The translations under genes were made by a program, and so were the position numbers. This document shows, in pieces, positions 42,489-53,146 of a DNA stretch of 64,000 nt (the stretch's first letter is position 1; each line of letters opens with the position of its first letter). This DNA comes from Limisphaerales bacterium (GTDB lineage: Bacteria; Verrucomicrobiota; Verrucomicrobiia; Limisphaerales; SIBE01), in the NCBI GenBank assembly GCA_044225505.1, contig JBGAIN010000001.1, forward strand, positions 83,642 through 147,641, written 5' to 3'. The notes under the pieces are model-generated. The model made no database searches. It had not been told where the DNA came from and saw only the letters and a list, made by a program, of their open reading frames with translations.

Positions 42489-44729
42489 GTGAAAAGGATC
42501 TTCCGAACCAAGTTCCCTAGCATTGCCGAAGTTGTGGTAATTCTACTGGCAGTAACAGTGGCTGTCCTATTGACCACGAGTCAGCAGACGGCGAATGCCG
42601 ACGTACCCATCTCAGAGGAACAGCCCACTTCGGACTACGAGATACGCGACGTTTCCGGTTGGACCATTCACCTGAGCCGGACATTGCTTGCCACCAACAG
42701 ACCAGCGACCGATCGTGCTCTCGATTTGCTGGCGGGACAACTTGAGGAAATCGTGCACCGCGTGCCTTCGCAGTCGGTGGCAGAGTTACGCAAAGTCCCA
42801 CTTTGGGTCTCGCCAGAGTATCCCGGCCTGCCACCTCGCGCGGAATACCACCCGAGCGCCGACTGGCTCGGCGAGCATGGCCGCAACCCTGCCATGGCGA
42901 AAGCGGTCGAGTTTACGAATGTGCGAATCTTCGAGTCCGAAACTCGGCGGATGCCAAACTTCGCGCTGCACGAACTGGCGCATGCTTACCACGACCGTGT
43001 GTTGCCGGCAGGATTTGAAAATACTTTTATCAAGCAGGGCTACGAAAAAGCCAAGCGGAGCGGCAAATACGACAACGTCGAACAACGTTTTGGCGATGGA
43101 CGCAGCGCTAAAGTCCGCGCCTACGCACTCACCAATCCGCAGGAGTACTTCGCCGAATTGACCGAAGCTTTCTTCTCAACCAACGATTTCTTCCCGATCA
43201 CTCGGGAAGAGCTCCGCCGGCATGATCCAGAGACGTTCGCGCTTCTGCAAAATCTATGGGCCGTTCCGGAAACCAGCGAGCAGTGGAGCCAATTCCGGGG
43301 ACCGAACGGCTCTGGAGTCGCCCGGGAATTCAAACCACCGGTCAAGATCGTTCCCGAAGAGCCAACATGGAAAACAGCGTTGCCGCCCGGCAAATCGTCA
43401 CCGGTTCTTTGGAATGACAGAATTTTCCTGACCGGGGTTGAAAATGGACGATTAGTCACTCTCGCTCTGGACACCGGGTCCGGTCAGGTGAAGTGGAAGA
43501 AACTGGCTCCGGAAGTTCGCCTGGAAACTGTTCATGCGGCCAACTCCGTCGCCGCCTCCACTCCATGTGCCGACCAAGACCATGTCTATGTTTATTTCGG
43601 TTCTTACGGCTTGCTCTGTTACGACCACGAGGGTCAAGAGCTGTGGGGCAAGCCGCTGCCCACGCCCCAGAGTATGTATGGCGTTTCTACGTCACCGATC
43701 CTCCACGACGAAAAGCTCTTCCTGGTCCTCGACGACGACGCGAATTTACCGGATAGTAAGCTCAGCCGGTCCAAGGTTATCGCCCTCGATAAAGCGACTG
43801 GAAAATTGCTTTGGGAAATGCCGCGGTCTTACAACCGTGGCGCCTGGTCAACGCCCATCATTTGGAGAAACGACGCGGTAACAGAACTGGTTGTTCTCGG
43901 CAACGGCCGAGTCTACGGCTACGACCCGGCGACCGGGGCTGAAAAGTGGTATGTCAGCGGCTTCGCCCGTGAACCCATCGCCATACCCGTCGCGGGGGAT
44001 GAGCGACTTTACGTTTCAGTTTCGATGCAAGGTGGTCGTGGCGACTCGGAATTGGATCCTGAACCTTTTTGGAAAGCTATGCTTCCATTCGATCGCGACG
44101 GCGACGGACGAATTGGACGAGACGAGATCACGGAAAACTTCACTCTGCCGTTCCGTCCCGAGCTGCCGGTTGGCCATCCGGGATTCGGGATGCCGTTGCC
44201 CAGCAATCCGGGGAAGCGAAAGGAAGCGCAATTCAAACTGTTCGACTGGCGTGACAAAAACCACGATGGATTCTGGACCAAACAGGAGTTCGTCGCGGAA
44301 ATGTCCGTTGGCTTTGGTCGTCCGAACCTCACCGCTATTCGTCCCGGAGGCGCAGGAGATATCACCACTTCTCATGTGGCCTGGAATCTGCAAAACGGCA
44401 TTCCGGAGATACCTTCGCCACTTTTTTACTCAGGCAGACTGTATCTTGTCCGGGACGGCGGCATCCTGAGCTGCGTCAACGCGGCGACGGGACAGGTTAT
44501 CTATCGAGAACGTCTGGGCGCCGCGGGCCAGTATATGGCCTCCCCGATCGTCGCTCACGACTACCTGTATCTCCTCTCGGCGAAGGGCGTTCTCTCCGTG
44601 GTGAGATGCGGAGAGAGTTTTGAACTCGTGCATCAGGCAGCTCTCAACACCCCGGTGGCCGCCACTCCTTCCATGGACCACAACAGTCTTTATATCCGGA
44701 CCGAGCACGCGCTCCTGGCGTTTCGGTAA
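42489..44729 (+). CDS. Fusion: zincin-like peptidase (HELAH) + PQQ-like beta-propeller with inserted EF-hand-like loops
   Basis: LHELAHAYH...YALTNPQEYFAE; WSQFRGPNGSG propeller start; DRDGDGRIGRDE and DKNHDGFWTKQE. Confidence 0.8.
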   Translation: MKRIFRTKFPSIAEVVVILLAVTVAVLLTTSQQTANADVPISEEQPTSDYEIRDVSGWTIHLSRTLLATNRPATDRALDLLAGQLEEIVHRVPSQSVAELRKVPLWVSPEYPGLPPRAEYHPSADWLGEHGRNPAMAKAVEFTNVRIFESETRRMPNFALHELAHAYHDRVLPAGFENTFIKQGYEKAKRSGKYDNVEQRFGDGRSAKVRAYALTNPQEYFAELTEAFFSTNDFFPITREELRRHDPETFALLQNLWAVPETSEQWSQFRGPNGSGVAREFKPPVKIVPEEPTWKTALPPGKSSPVLWNDRIFLTGVENGRLVTLALDTGSGQVKWKKLAPEVRLETVHAANSVAASTPCADQDHVYVYFGSYGLLCYDHEGQELWGKPLPTPQSMYGVSTSPILHDEKLFLVLDDDANLPDSKLSRSKVIALDKATGKLLWEMPRSYNRGAWSTPIIWRNDAVTELVVLGNGRVYGYDPATGAEKWYVSGFAREPIAIPVAGDERLYVSVSMQGGRGDSELDPEPFWKAMLPFDRDGDGRIGRDEITENFTLPFRPELPVGHPGFGMPLPSNPGKRKEAQFKLFDWRDKNHDGFWTKQEFVAEMSVGFGRPNLTAIRPGGAGDITTSHVAWNLQNGIPEIPSPLFYSGRLYLVRDGGILSCVNAATGQVIYRERLGAAGQYMASPIVAHDYLYLLSAKGVLSVVRCGESFELVHQAALNTPVAATPSMDHNSLYIRTEHALLAFR

Positions 44730-44797
44730 AAGAAAAGTGATGAAAACGCGTGCCGCAACCAACGAAGTGGGGTGTGATTAAAATTGGATGAGATTAA

Positions 44798-44930
44798 GGA
44801 CCGCGGCTGTGTCGTCAGACCAGCCGCAGAATTTCCGCCTTTTCAAGAGCTCCTCGAACAACACGAGGTGTTTTCGCGGATGCGGCGCTGCTGCGGCTAG
44901 GCACCGTCGGACTCGCCATAGCCGCGCCCC
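44798..44930. repeat. Inverted pair of REP-like hairpins (BIME-like)
   Basis: GGACCGCGGCTGTGTCGTCAGACCAGCCGCAG (44798-44829) and CTGCGGCTAGG...CCATAGCCGCGCCCC (44891-44930). Confidence 0.55.
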
Positions 44931-45029
44931 GTGGAATATATTGCGGTTGACCTCACCCACTTTAATTCATGCCCAACGAAGTGAGCGAACGGTGTTTGTC
45001 GTGGAGCTGGTGAACTGATAGCCTAAGGA

Positions 45030-46754
45030 ATGGAGCACATTTGGACAAATCCGATGAGAAACCAAATCCATCCTATACGCTGGCGAAGCGGCGGACGCTG
45101 CGCCCTCCGCCACGGAGCAATCCGAAATCTATTTTGGACCCTGAGTCTTAGCCTCGGACTGTTCTTGCCACTGAGATGTTCGGCCGCAGCGTCGACTCCG
45201 ATCCAGGAAGGAGAGATGGCGGGGTATCTGCTTGTTCCAAATAAAAAGGTCCCGCCGACCTACGACGCTGGGTTCTCCTTGTATGTCGCCGCCTGGCCCC
45301 TATTGCAGCAGTACCCAGGGCATCAGTTTCAAAGCGGACTGCCTGGCACCTGGATGTTTGCCCAGTATCCGGGCGCGGCTCCCACCAATCTCTACTCCGA
45401 CATCGAGGGCGGGTTGGGCTGGTGGCGTGACACGCGATTTGCTACCGAAACACCGAAGTTCATCATGGGCGGGGTAGCGCCAAATTTCAGCGAATGGGCC
45501 AACGGGCCCGGAGCAGGCAAGAATCGTGATTGGGACAAACCGGAGGGCCTCTATGGCGTGGCGCAATTTAGCCCTTGGCTGCTCTGGCCACCGGACGGCA
45601 TGAATCTAAAACAAGGGACGTGCGGGGAGCTCTTTGGCTACGGCTATCTGCCTTTGCCTCTCGTGTCGGCTAAATCCACCACGGCCGGGACCAACGTGCC
45701 GACGGGAGATAATTGTTGGACCCTGTTTTTAAACACGAAGAATTTCAAAGGGCCGGTGGCCTTCTTCACGCCCTATTTCTGGTCTCGTGGTTCGGTTGCC
45801 GAACCGCGTCTGGCTGGAATGCTGCTGGATACCCGCCCCTCCGACCCCAATCGGGCTTTGCAGATGGAAACTCAATACGTTCCTAGCGTTCAGGCCACGG
45901 ACAGCAAGGGCGAAACCTACGCGCGGATTGCTCGAACCTATTTTCCGACCGGTCCGGGCAAAGAGTCGGTGCTGGTGCATCAAATTACATCTTACAAAAA
46001 GAGCGCGCTTTGGGACGCTGTAAAAACTTGGTTTAACGGCGGTCCTGCGGCTAGCGGCACGGTCGATCCCCAAGGGGCTCTCGTGCATGCGTTCACCGGC
46101 GGAGGCGGAGCAACGTGGAGGATTTATACGGCCGAGACTCCCGAGAAGAAAAGAGTGCCATTGGCATGGAATTCATTTGCCAGCCCGACGGCGATCTCGT
46201 CGAACACGTTTGGCTACCGTTGGAATGACCAGCACGTCAAAGGCAGCGATTCCCGGGAGGGTTCGCGGGTGACGCTTCCGGAGTTTTTTCACCTCGTCAC
46301 CAACAAGCAAGAGAAGGCGGAGTGGGTACCCGTGCGTCCGGAAGAGGTCCCTGCGGAGACCGGCTTGGTGCAATACCAGTTCACTCGCGCTCACGAAGAG
46401 GCGCCCGAACCTTACGTCACTCCGGACCAGCCGACGAGCTCTTGGAAGCGCCCAGGCCCCGTGGCGGGACCGTTCCAAGCGTATCCAGGTGACGGGAGCG
46501 TGCTGACGTATTACTGGTATCGCTTCGCGGACCAACCGGCCTTGCTCAACGCCGACTTAACAGCGAAGGACCGTGAGGAATTGCAAGCACGGGTGGTGAA
46601 GCTTCACCGAACCTGGACGAAGGACCGCGAATACCTGGCGCCGCCGACGATCGGTAGACTGGCCGAGGTCGATCCCGGTCTGCTCGTCACCCCGCCGCCA
46701 GGCCTCGAAGCAGGCTATGTTCCCATCGTCACCCGACAGGCGGCGAAGGAATGA
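45030..46754 (+). CDS. Secreted protein of unrecognised family (paralogue of the C-terminal domain of 53147-55918)
   Basis: Signal peptide; shared motifs WPL..FQ.GLP, EGGLG.W, PKF, PPD, NFKGP, Y.WYRF.DQP, LVTPPPGLE.GYVPIVTRQ. Confidence 0.8.
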   Translation: MEHIWTNPMRNQIHPIRWRSGGRCALRHGAIRNLFWTLSLSLGLFLPLRCSAAASTPIQEGEMAGYLLVPNKKVPPTYDAGFSLYVAAWPLLQQYPGHQFQSGLPGTWMFAQYPGAAPTNLYSDIEGGLGWWRDTRFATETPKFIMGGVAPNFSEWANGPGAGKNRDWDKPEGLYGVAQFSPWLLWPPDGMNLKQGTCGELFGYGYLPLPLVSAKSTTAGTNVPTGDNCWTLFLNTKNFKGPVAFFTPYFWSRGSVAEPRLAGMLLDTRPSDPNRALQMETQYVPSVQATDSKGETYARIARTYFPTGPGKESVLVHQITSYKKSALWDAVKTWFNGGPAASGTVDPQGALVHAFTGGGGATWRIYTAETPEKKRVPLAWNSFASPTAISSNTFGYRWNDQHVKGSDSREGSRVTLPEFFHLVTNKQEKAEWVPVRPEEVPAETGLVQYQFTRAHEEAPEPYVTPDQPTSSWKRPGPVAGPFQAYPGDGSVLTYYWYRFADQPALLNADLTAKDREELQARVVKLHRTWTKDREYLAPPTIGRLAEVDPGLLVTPPPGLEAGYVPIVTRQAAKE

Positions 46755-47071
46755 GCCAGCAAGATTCTTGCAGGGAATTGGGCAAGGGTAATATGAACAG
46801 CACCGACAGCCTGCCGATACGATTTAGCGGCCGTGACGCTACGCCATGCGCGCGTTTCGGATTATCTTAAGAATCTGAGCGGACGCTTGACGGTTTCCAG
46901 GAAACGCATTGTCGAGGCCTTTGCCAAAGAAAGCAATGCGAGCGCACGCGTGAAGCCTTTCCGAACCGTTCAACGAGGAAGCTCTACTAGCTGTCATGTC
47001 ACGGTACAAATATCTCGGCCACGGGTCAAACCATGCAGCCACCGGTCACCGTCTATTCCAGAATCGCGGTC

Positions 47072-47812
47072 CTACTTAATGTCGCGCCAAGTCAAGGAAG
47101 CATAGCCATCTGGCAAATTTGATCCTAGTAGCGGGTCCCGTTGAAAGCGCGACCACCAGTGAAAACTGGCATGCCCATCAACAAAAAGACAGTTGCTGCC
47201 CGGCTTTTCCTCGGGCGCGTGGGCCGTTGATTTTGTGCCGGCATTAGGGACGATCCACTTGACTTTAGGTATAGCGGCGCATTCCATCATGTCTTTTTGC
47301 GACGGGTATGTGACTTCGCTAACGTAACGAGGACGGAGTACGACGAATCCCGGATTGTTCGGAACCGTGTTTTGATTGTAATAATAGAAACCGGGTAACA
47401 ACCAATAGGATCCTGGCAAGATATTGTTTGTTTGCACATTCATGCTGGCAGCGAATTGCGTCGTAAGCGGTCCTCGGTCTGCAGGGCATATATAGAAGGC
47501 GGCGTTGGTCGATACGTGATAACGGAGCGCGCCCAAAAAGTAGAAAAGATTCTGTGGTTGCGTGCTGGACGATCCAGGAAATGGAAATTGATCGGAGTTA
47601 TCCTCGGTGTAGAGCTGCATGGCAATGCCAAATTGTCGGAGGTTACTAAGGCAGCGAGCGGTATGGGCTTTGGCTTTGGCTTTAGCCAGCGCGGGAAGTA
47701 ACAATGCTGCCAAGATTGCAATGATGGCGATCACAACAAGTAATTCAACGAGCGTAAACCCATAGGAAAGCCTCGTTCGGCCGGTTTGGGCGGTGGTTTG
47801 TGGAGTTTTCAT
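47072..47812 (-). CDS. Prepilin-type N-terminal cleavage/methylation protein (H-X-DG C-terminus)
   Basis: [30 protein letters not shown]...[29 protein letters not shown]. Confidence 0.9.
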   Translation of the reverse strand: MKTPQTTAQTGRTRLSYGFTLVELLVVIAIIAILAALLLPALAKAKAKAHTARCLSNLRQFGIAMQLYTEDNSDQFPFPGSSSTQPQNLFYFLGALRYHVSTNAAFYICPADRGPLTTQFAASMNVQTNNILPGSYWLLPGFYYYNQNTVPNNPGFVVLRPRYVSEVTYPSQKDMMECAAIPKVKWIVPNAGTKSTAHAPEEKPGSNCLFVDGHASFHWWSRFQRDPLLGSNLPDGYASLTWRDIK

Positions 47813-48076
47813 TGACCTCATTAGTTTGATAAGTGCACGGCAAGGGCTTGCCCTCCGATGACCTGACATGATCGGGAACTCCTGGTCCAACGCGTTACTA
47901 TGGCTCAGCCGCGCTGTGGCGGAGACTACGATACCGAACGTAGCGATAAGCGGCCGTCCCAACCGGCCCTTGGATTCGCTTCAGTCGGAAGATTTCCAGC
48001 TTACGGTTCGCGCGAGCAGACAATGCAAAGCGTAAAACCCAAGCGCGATGGGCGCGGTATTTGACAAAGTTCTTTG

Positions 48077-51000
48077 TCATTGTTTCTGTCGATCTTCCGA
48101 AGACGTCGGCCACACACGCATTTCGTCGTAACTTACAGAAACGAGCGCGTCGTCCTCCCGGAAAGCGAGTGCGGTAATTTCCTGACGATGACCGCGCAGG
48201 CGGCCAACCGGATGGTGAAAATCGAAGCTCCAAAGCGTGATGGTGCGCCCCTCAGAAATGCCGAGCGTCCTACCGTCTTTGGAGACAGCGATGGCCAGGA
48301 CGTTGACGGGTGCTGGATTGAAATCGGACGAAAACTTTCCTTCATTCAGGTCAAACGCCTTGATGCCAAAGCCACCGATAAAGAGCGAGTTGGCATCCGG
48401 GGAGAATGCTACCGAAGCAAGGATGGATCCCTGAGTGTAGTCTTTTCCGCGAAGGCGATTGTGCGCCAAGTCCCAAACCAGTGCCCAACCCGAGTGATTT
48501 GCAAGGCTCACTTGCGTACTGTCGCTGGAAAACGAGGTAGCGCCTGCTAAATCAAACGCATACGTTTCCCCGTAAGAAAACGTCCGGTACTCGGTTCCAT
48601 CCGCTGTGCCTAGGACACGGAGCAGCGGCCAACCGGGAAATGCCAAATACTTACCGTCGGGAGAAATGGCGAGTCGACCTACCGAGATGGGCGGAGGATA
48701 ATGCCGAACCCATCTAATCTGCTCCGATTCCGCATTCCAAAGGACCAGCGTCGTACCGTTAGTTGCGAAGGCCAAGGCAACGAGCTTGCCGTCTGGACTT
48801 ATGGTTTCTTGGAGGAGGTTCGTCCCGGGCATAAGATAACGCGAGCTCTCTTGAAAACTGTGTGTGTTCCAAATGCTACAGGTGCCATTCGTAAAGGTCG
48901 TGAGCAGAAAGTTACCGCCCGGCGAGAGGCTAAAGAGTTGAGACCGATTCTGGGCAACGAAAAGTCCAGATGGCAGAGCCTGTGCCGTTTTGCTTTCTGG
49001 CTCCGCATCCCGAGCCCAGACACGGACCTTGTCGTCACTCCCAGTGCTGAGCAACGTCATACCATCCGGTGAGAAGGCGAGACTATTAGCAAAACCTCGA
49101 TTGCCACGTAACCGCCGGTAAGGTGTGGCGTTGTGGGAATGAAACAAATTTATGACCTCTGTATCGTCGAGAAATCCGATCAGACCACCATCAGGAGAAA
49201 ATGTGATCGCCCAAGGGTTGTCGGCTTCGGGGGGCAATAAGGCCTTTGCGAGTTCTTTTGCAGTCGCCACCTCCCAAATTCGGACTGTGCGGTCGACGGA
49301 GGTCGAGGCAAGGCGCTTGCCATCAGGTGAAAAGGAAATGCTCAAAACGACGTCAGTGTGTCCGGAGAGCGTGGCCAGATTCGTGTTGGCAGAGTAGTTC
49401 CTAAGATGAATCGCACCCGACCGACCTGGGCAGTAAGCAAGCAACGGCTTGTTGGGCGCAAAATCAAAACCGAGCGGCCAAATCTTTTCCATAAAGCCTG
49501 GTAAGAATGCCACCTCCTCGCGTGTGGCAATGTCCATGATGTGAATGCCATCGCCGACTTCTTCGTAGGCAATCCAGCGGCTATCTGGAGAAAACCTAGT
49601 CATCTTTCGCGGGAAACGATTCGTAGAAAGGATAGATTTTACTGTTCCCGTTGTCAGATCCCAGAGGCGCATCGGATGGTTGCCTGGAATTAGTCCTGAC
49701 CCGCAGATCGTGACCAGCCATCGACCGTCCGGAGAATGCGCGGCGTCAAAGATCGGCTGATCATGGCGAAAAGTGGCAATCTTCTGACGGGTTGGAACGC
49801 TCCAGATGTGCACGAGTCCGTCAAGACCCGCCGACCAAGCCTTGTCGCCATCGGGCAAGAAGCCGGCCGCAACGACGTTATTGGAAGCATGTTGTCCCAG
49901 GGTGAAGAGTTCCTGCCCCTTTGTTTGTTTTAGATAGTAGCGCCACTCCCAGCCAGGTTCGATCGAGGGGCTAGCCAGGAAGAGCGAAGAGTTGGAAATG
50001 CCGTCATTAGTGGGAAATTGGTTGTATTTTCCAAGGAACCGAATCGCGTCAGCTGTTCGATCCTGTTCCAAAGCGGCTTGAGTCAGAAGCATGTCGGAGG
50101 CGTAAAGGCTTCGTTCCGCGATATGGCGTTGGAAGGTCTCAGCTTCGCGGGCACGGTTAAAGCGGAAGGCGGCCAAGGGAGAGCCAATTAGAATCAAAAG
50201 CAAGAGTATCGCTAGGATCGAGTAGGCGGCGGCGAGAGCCGGATTTCGTTGAGACCAACGAACGACGCGAGCCAGCCGGGTAATGGGACGGGCGCTGATC
50301 GGTTCATTGTTTAGAAGCCGCTTGAGGTCCTCGCCGAGAGCTTGGGCGGTGAGGTAACGTTTGTCCGGAACTTTCTCCAGGCATTTCAGGCAAATTGTCT
50401 CGAGATCCGCGGGAATGTGTTGATTGAGCGTCCGTGGCTTTGGCGGATCTGATAGTTCGATCGCGCGCAGCGTTGCGGCAATGCTTCCGCTCGCGAAGGG
50501 AGGCCGGCAAGTTAGCAGTTCATAGAGAATGGCGCCGACAGCGTATATATCGCTCGCGGTCGTCGCGCGCGCCGCTCCAAAACGGGCTACTTCTGGAGCA
50601 ACATAGGCAACGGTGCCGAGAACCAAATGGCTCAACGTGAGCGAGCTTTCTTGCTCGATCAGTCTGGCCAGACCGAAATCTGTAATGTAGGGAATTCCGG
50701 ACCCATCGAGAAGGATGTTTCCCGGTTTCAAGTCGCGGTGCAGGACGCCGCACCGATGCGCGTGTTCGACAGCGGCGGCAATCTCGATCGTGAGAGACGC
50801 GGCCTGCCAAGGCGTGACACGCTGGCGGGCGACAAGGGCCTGGAGTGTCCCTCCTTCCAGAAATCGCATGGATAGGTAATGCGCACCTTCATGAGCGCCG
50901 AAATCGTAGATAGGGACAATGTTGGGGTGTTCAAGTTGAGCGGCAGCAGCGGCTTCGATGTGGAAGCGGTGGATAAAATCACGGCCGGCGGACGCACCGC

Positions 51001-51298
51001 CGGAAAGAAGTTTAAGTGCAACGACTCGATTTACACCGAGTTGTCGAGCTTTAAACACAATTCCGCTACCGCCGCGCCCGACCTCTTCAAGTAGTTCATA
51101 ATCGCCAAAGAATTGTTGGTCTTGGAACTGCTCTGGAGAGTTTGTCGCCGCTTCGGGACCATCGGTAATAAGAAAGGCGAGGCACAGCGGACATAGACCT
51201 TCAGGCGAGGAGCGAGGAACAGGTGTATGACAATTCGGGCAAGAGCTGATTTCGTTTGGACCAGAAACAGTCATGTCGGCATAGTACTTTCCATTCAC
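48077..51298 (-). CDS. Ser/Thr protein kinase with TM helix and WD40 repeats
   Basis: CPNC..CPLC N-terminus, GRGGSGIV, HRDLKPGN, TDFGLA, GTVAYVAPE, TM helix, SLYASDM, GHTDVV..FSPDG..D.TVRIW repeats. Confidence 0.95.
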   Translation of the reverse strand: MNGKYYADMTVSGPNEISSCPNCHTPVPRSSPEGLCPLCLAFLITDGPEAATNSPEQFQDQQFFGDYELLEEVGRGGSGIVFKARQLGVNRVVALKLLSGGASAGRDFIHRFHIEAAAAAQLEHPNIVPIYDFGAHEGAHYLSMRFLEGGTLQALVARQRVTPWQAASLTIEIAAAVEHAHRCGVLHRDLKPGNILLDGSGIPYITDFGLARLIEQESSLTLSHLVLGTVAYVAPEVARFGAARATTASDIYAVGAILYELLTCRPPFASGSIAATLRAIELSDPPKPRTLNQHIPADLETICLKCLEKVPDKRYLTAQALGEDLKRLLNNEPISARPITRLARVVRWSQRNPALAAAYSILAILLLLILIGSPLAAFRFNRAREAETFQRHIAERSLYASDMLLTQAALEQDRTADAIRFLGKYNQFPTNDGISNSSLFLASPSIEPGWEWRYYLKQTKGQELFTLGQHASNNVVAAGFLPDGDKAWSAGLDGLVHIWSVPTRQKIATFRHDQPIFDAAHSPDGRWLVTICGSGLIPGNHPMRLWDLTTGTVKSILSTNRFPRKMTRFSPDSRWIAYEEVGDGIHIMDIATREEVAFLPGFMEKIWPLGFDFAPNKPLLAYCPGRSGAIHLRNYSANTNLATLSGHTDVVLSISFSPDGKRLASTSVDRTVRIWEVATAKELAKALLPPEADNPWAITFSPDGGLIGFLDDTEVINLFHSHNATPYRRLRGNRGFANSLAFSPDGMTLLSTGSDDKVRVWARDAEPESKTAQALPSGLFVAQNRSQLFSLSPGGNFLLTTFTNGTCSIWNTHSFQESSRYLMPGTNLLQETISPDGKLVALAFATNGTTLVLWNAESEQIRWVRHYPPPISVGRLAISPDGKYLAFPGWPLLRVLGTADGTEYRTFSYGETYAFDLAGATSFSSDSTQVSLANHSGWALVWDLAHNRLRGKDYTQGSILASVAFSPDANSLFIGGFGIKAFDLNEGKFSSDFNPAPVNVLAIAVSKDGRTLGISEGRTITLWSFDFHHPVGRLRGHRQEITALAFREDDALVSVSYDEMRVWPTSSEDRQKQ

Positions 51299-51459
51299 TG
51301 CTTCGAGAATTAGGAAAGTTAGTAACTAAAGACTTTTCAGAAGTGGAAGTTAAAGCCGTTCCAGAACGCGAGCCTGGTTGGAAGATAGGAATGGAAGTGT
51401 CCCAGAAACCCTTTTCGCCTCTGGTACGGCTGGCGGGCAACTCAGTCCGCCGACGGACG

Positions 51460-52212
51460 TTAGCTGGAAAGGATTTGCCGGAAAGATTCGAGTTCGGTCT
51501 CGAATTGATCTCGAGTGGCGACTGTTTCCGCTAACTCTTGGCGCGCAATCGCCCTTAATCGATGGCGCATGCGAGTTACGGTCATCTTGGCGGCCCCCTC
51601 AGTGATACGAAGTTCACGCGCCGCATCGGCAAAGGAACCGGCCTTGTCGCCCGTAAGAAAGCCTTTAAGCCGATCGAAAAACACGGCTCGGCCAGACAGT
51701 TGAAACTCCTCCCGCAGGCGCGCTACGCTACGGTCCAGAATTGCGAAAGCCCAATCTTTATCGTATTGCTGGTCGGGCGGTAGCGTTGAGGAAGCATTGG
51801 CATCGGCGATGACCGTATCAAACTGAAGGAATTCAACGTGGCCGCCACGTTTCTGCGCGTTCGCGCGCTTATGTTGATCCGCGAGAAAGTATTTCGCAGC
51901 GCTTAAAAGATAGGAGCGGAATCGACCTCGTTCCGGGATCGCCCGTGCGTACGATCGTGACTCAAGGAGTTCAACAAAAAATGCCTGCGTGAGATCACGG
52001 GCTTGGTCAGAGCTTCCGACAGATCGGACAAAATAGCGAAAGATCGGCCGCCAATAGTCAGCACAAAGCCTTTCCAGTGCCTGGGTTGCGATGGAACTAT
52101 TTTCACCAGCGGCGGCAGCGACAGTCGTCCAGCGAGTGGTGACGAAATGACTCTCATTTCGTTCCCTGGCCGATTGGTCCTGGTCCGAGTCCATTTCATC
52201 TAGATAGCGCAT
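51460..52212 (-). CDS. ECF sigma factor (F.TT.W-type, kinase-associated)
   Basis: FVTTRWT, LCADYWRPI, ARDLTQAFF, RGRFRSYL, AQKRGG, YDKDWA, AAKMTVTRMRHR. Confidence 0.9.
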   Translation of the reverse strand: MRYLDEMDSDQDQSARERNESHFVTTRWTTVAAAAGENSSIATQALERLCADYWRPIFRYFVRSVGSSDQARDLTQAFFVELLESRSYARAIPERGRFRSYLLSAAKYFLADQHKRANAQKRGGHVEFLQFDTVIADANASSTLPPDQQYDKDWAFAILDRSVARLREEFQLSGRAVFFDRLKGFLTGDKAGSFADAARELRITEGAAKMTVTRMRHRLRAIARQELAETVATRDQFETELESFRQILSS

Positions 52213-52248
52213 GAGCCCACGAAAGGCGAGCAGTCTAGTCGAGGGGGG

Positions 52249-52659
52249 CTACTGCAATACCGTGACGCCAAGCAACCCGCGGGCAGCGGTGCCAGCTTTG
52301 CCGAGCCGCTGGATCACATGAGCCCCGCGTTTCCGCGAATGATGCACATCTGCTTTCACATTCGTGATGAGGTTGATTTCAACAAGTTCATCGCTGATCT
52401 CGAGGCAGAATCAGCGAGACGTGTGATGTTACAGGTGAAGGCCAACCGCGTAATTACTGTGACATCGGAGCAGGAGCGGAAAGCCGCGCCAATCGAGGCC
52501 AACAGCAACGGCATCACCGAAGGCCGATCGAATGGCTGGCGGCTGATCTGCTGTAGAGGACCTGAAGGTGAGCAGCTCGAATTCGTTCAGGCGTTGGGCT
52601 CAGTCAAACGCATCTTTGATGACGCGCTCGAGGCTCGCCGGAAGATTGTCTCTCGATAA
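52249..52659 (+). pseudogene. 5'-truncated VOC/glyoxalase-like gene
   Basis: In-frame LLQYRDA...MSPAFPRMMHICFHIRD...CRGPEGEQLEFVQ lacks the first VOC half and begins only ~36 bp from the divergent sigma start. Confidence 0.55.
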
Positions 52660-53146
52660 GCGGCAAGACGCCCGCCATCTCGTCACCCGAGACTGATTCA
52701 ATCCTGTGGCCAACCCCCCGGTGACCGAACCTTCGAAAAACCCGCTGACTATCCGGGTTCATCTCACCGATGGCTCGGTTCGTTCATCTACGCAATTGTC
52801 ACGAAGCTTCCAGTAGAGAGCCAGTCCGTCATGCAATGCTTGTGGGCCAAGACGTCGATCCACATGCGTCTGGGCAGTCCCGAATTGCTGAGATCAACCT
52901 GGCCACGCTGGACGGCTATACCACTACCCAGGCGTCGCGCAAATCTCCGCAACTCCAGGCTCCCCGAGCCCGTTTACTATAGCCTGACTGCCTTGACCGG
53001 AGGACAAGTCAGCGCATTTTCGCGAGACGAGGAACTGTTGTTCCTGGCGAGGCACAGGAGGGACGCCGTATGATCCGGCGGGGAATGTTCTGTGAGGAGA
53101 TTGTCTGAAGAAAAGACGGGATCCTCTGAAAAACACCAGGCAGAGT

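Noticed and set aside
51299..51459. Shared promoter motif for the second sigma module (TGGGAC / TAAC...GTCT elements)
   Set aside because: No consistent bipartite match between the kinase and prepilin upstream regions.
52720..53075. Possible decayed gene (LTIRVHLTDGSVRS... / YYSLTALTGG fragments)
   Set aside because: Fragments are in different frames with no diagnostic motif; needs BLASTX.
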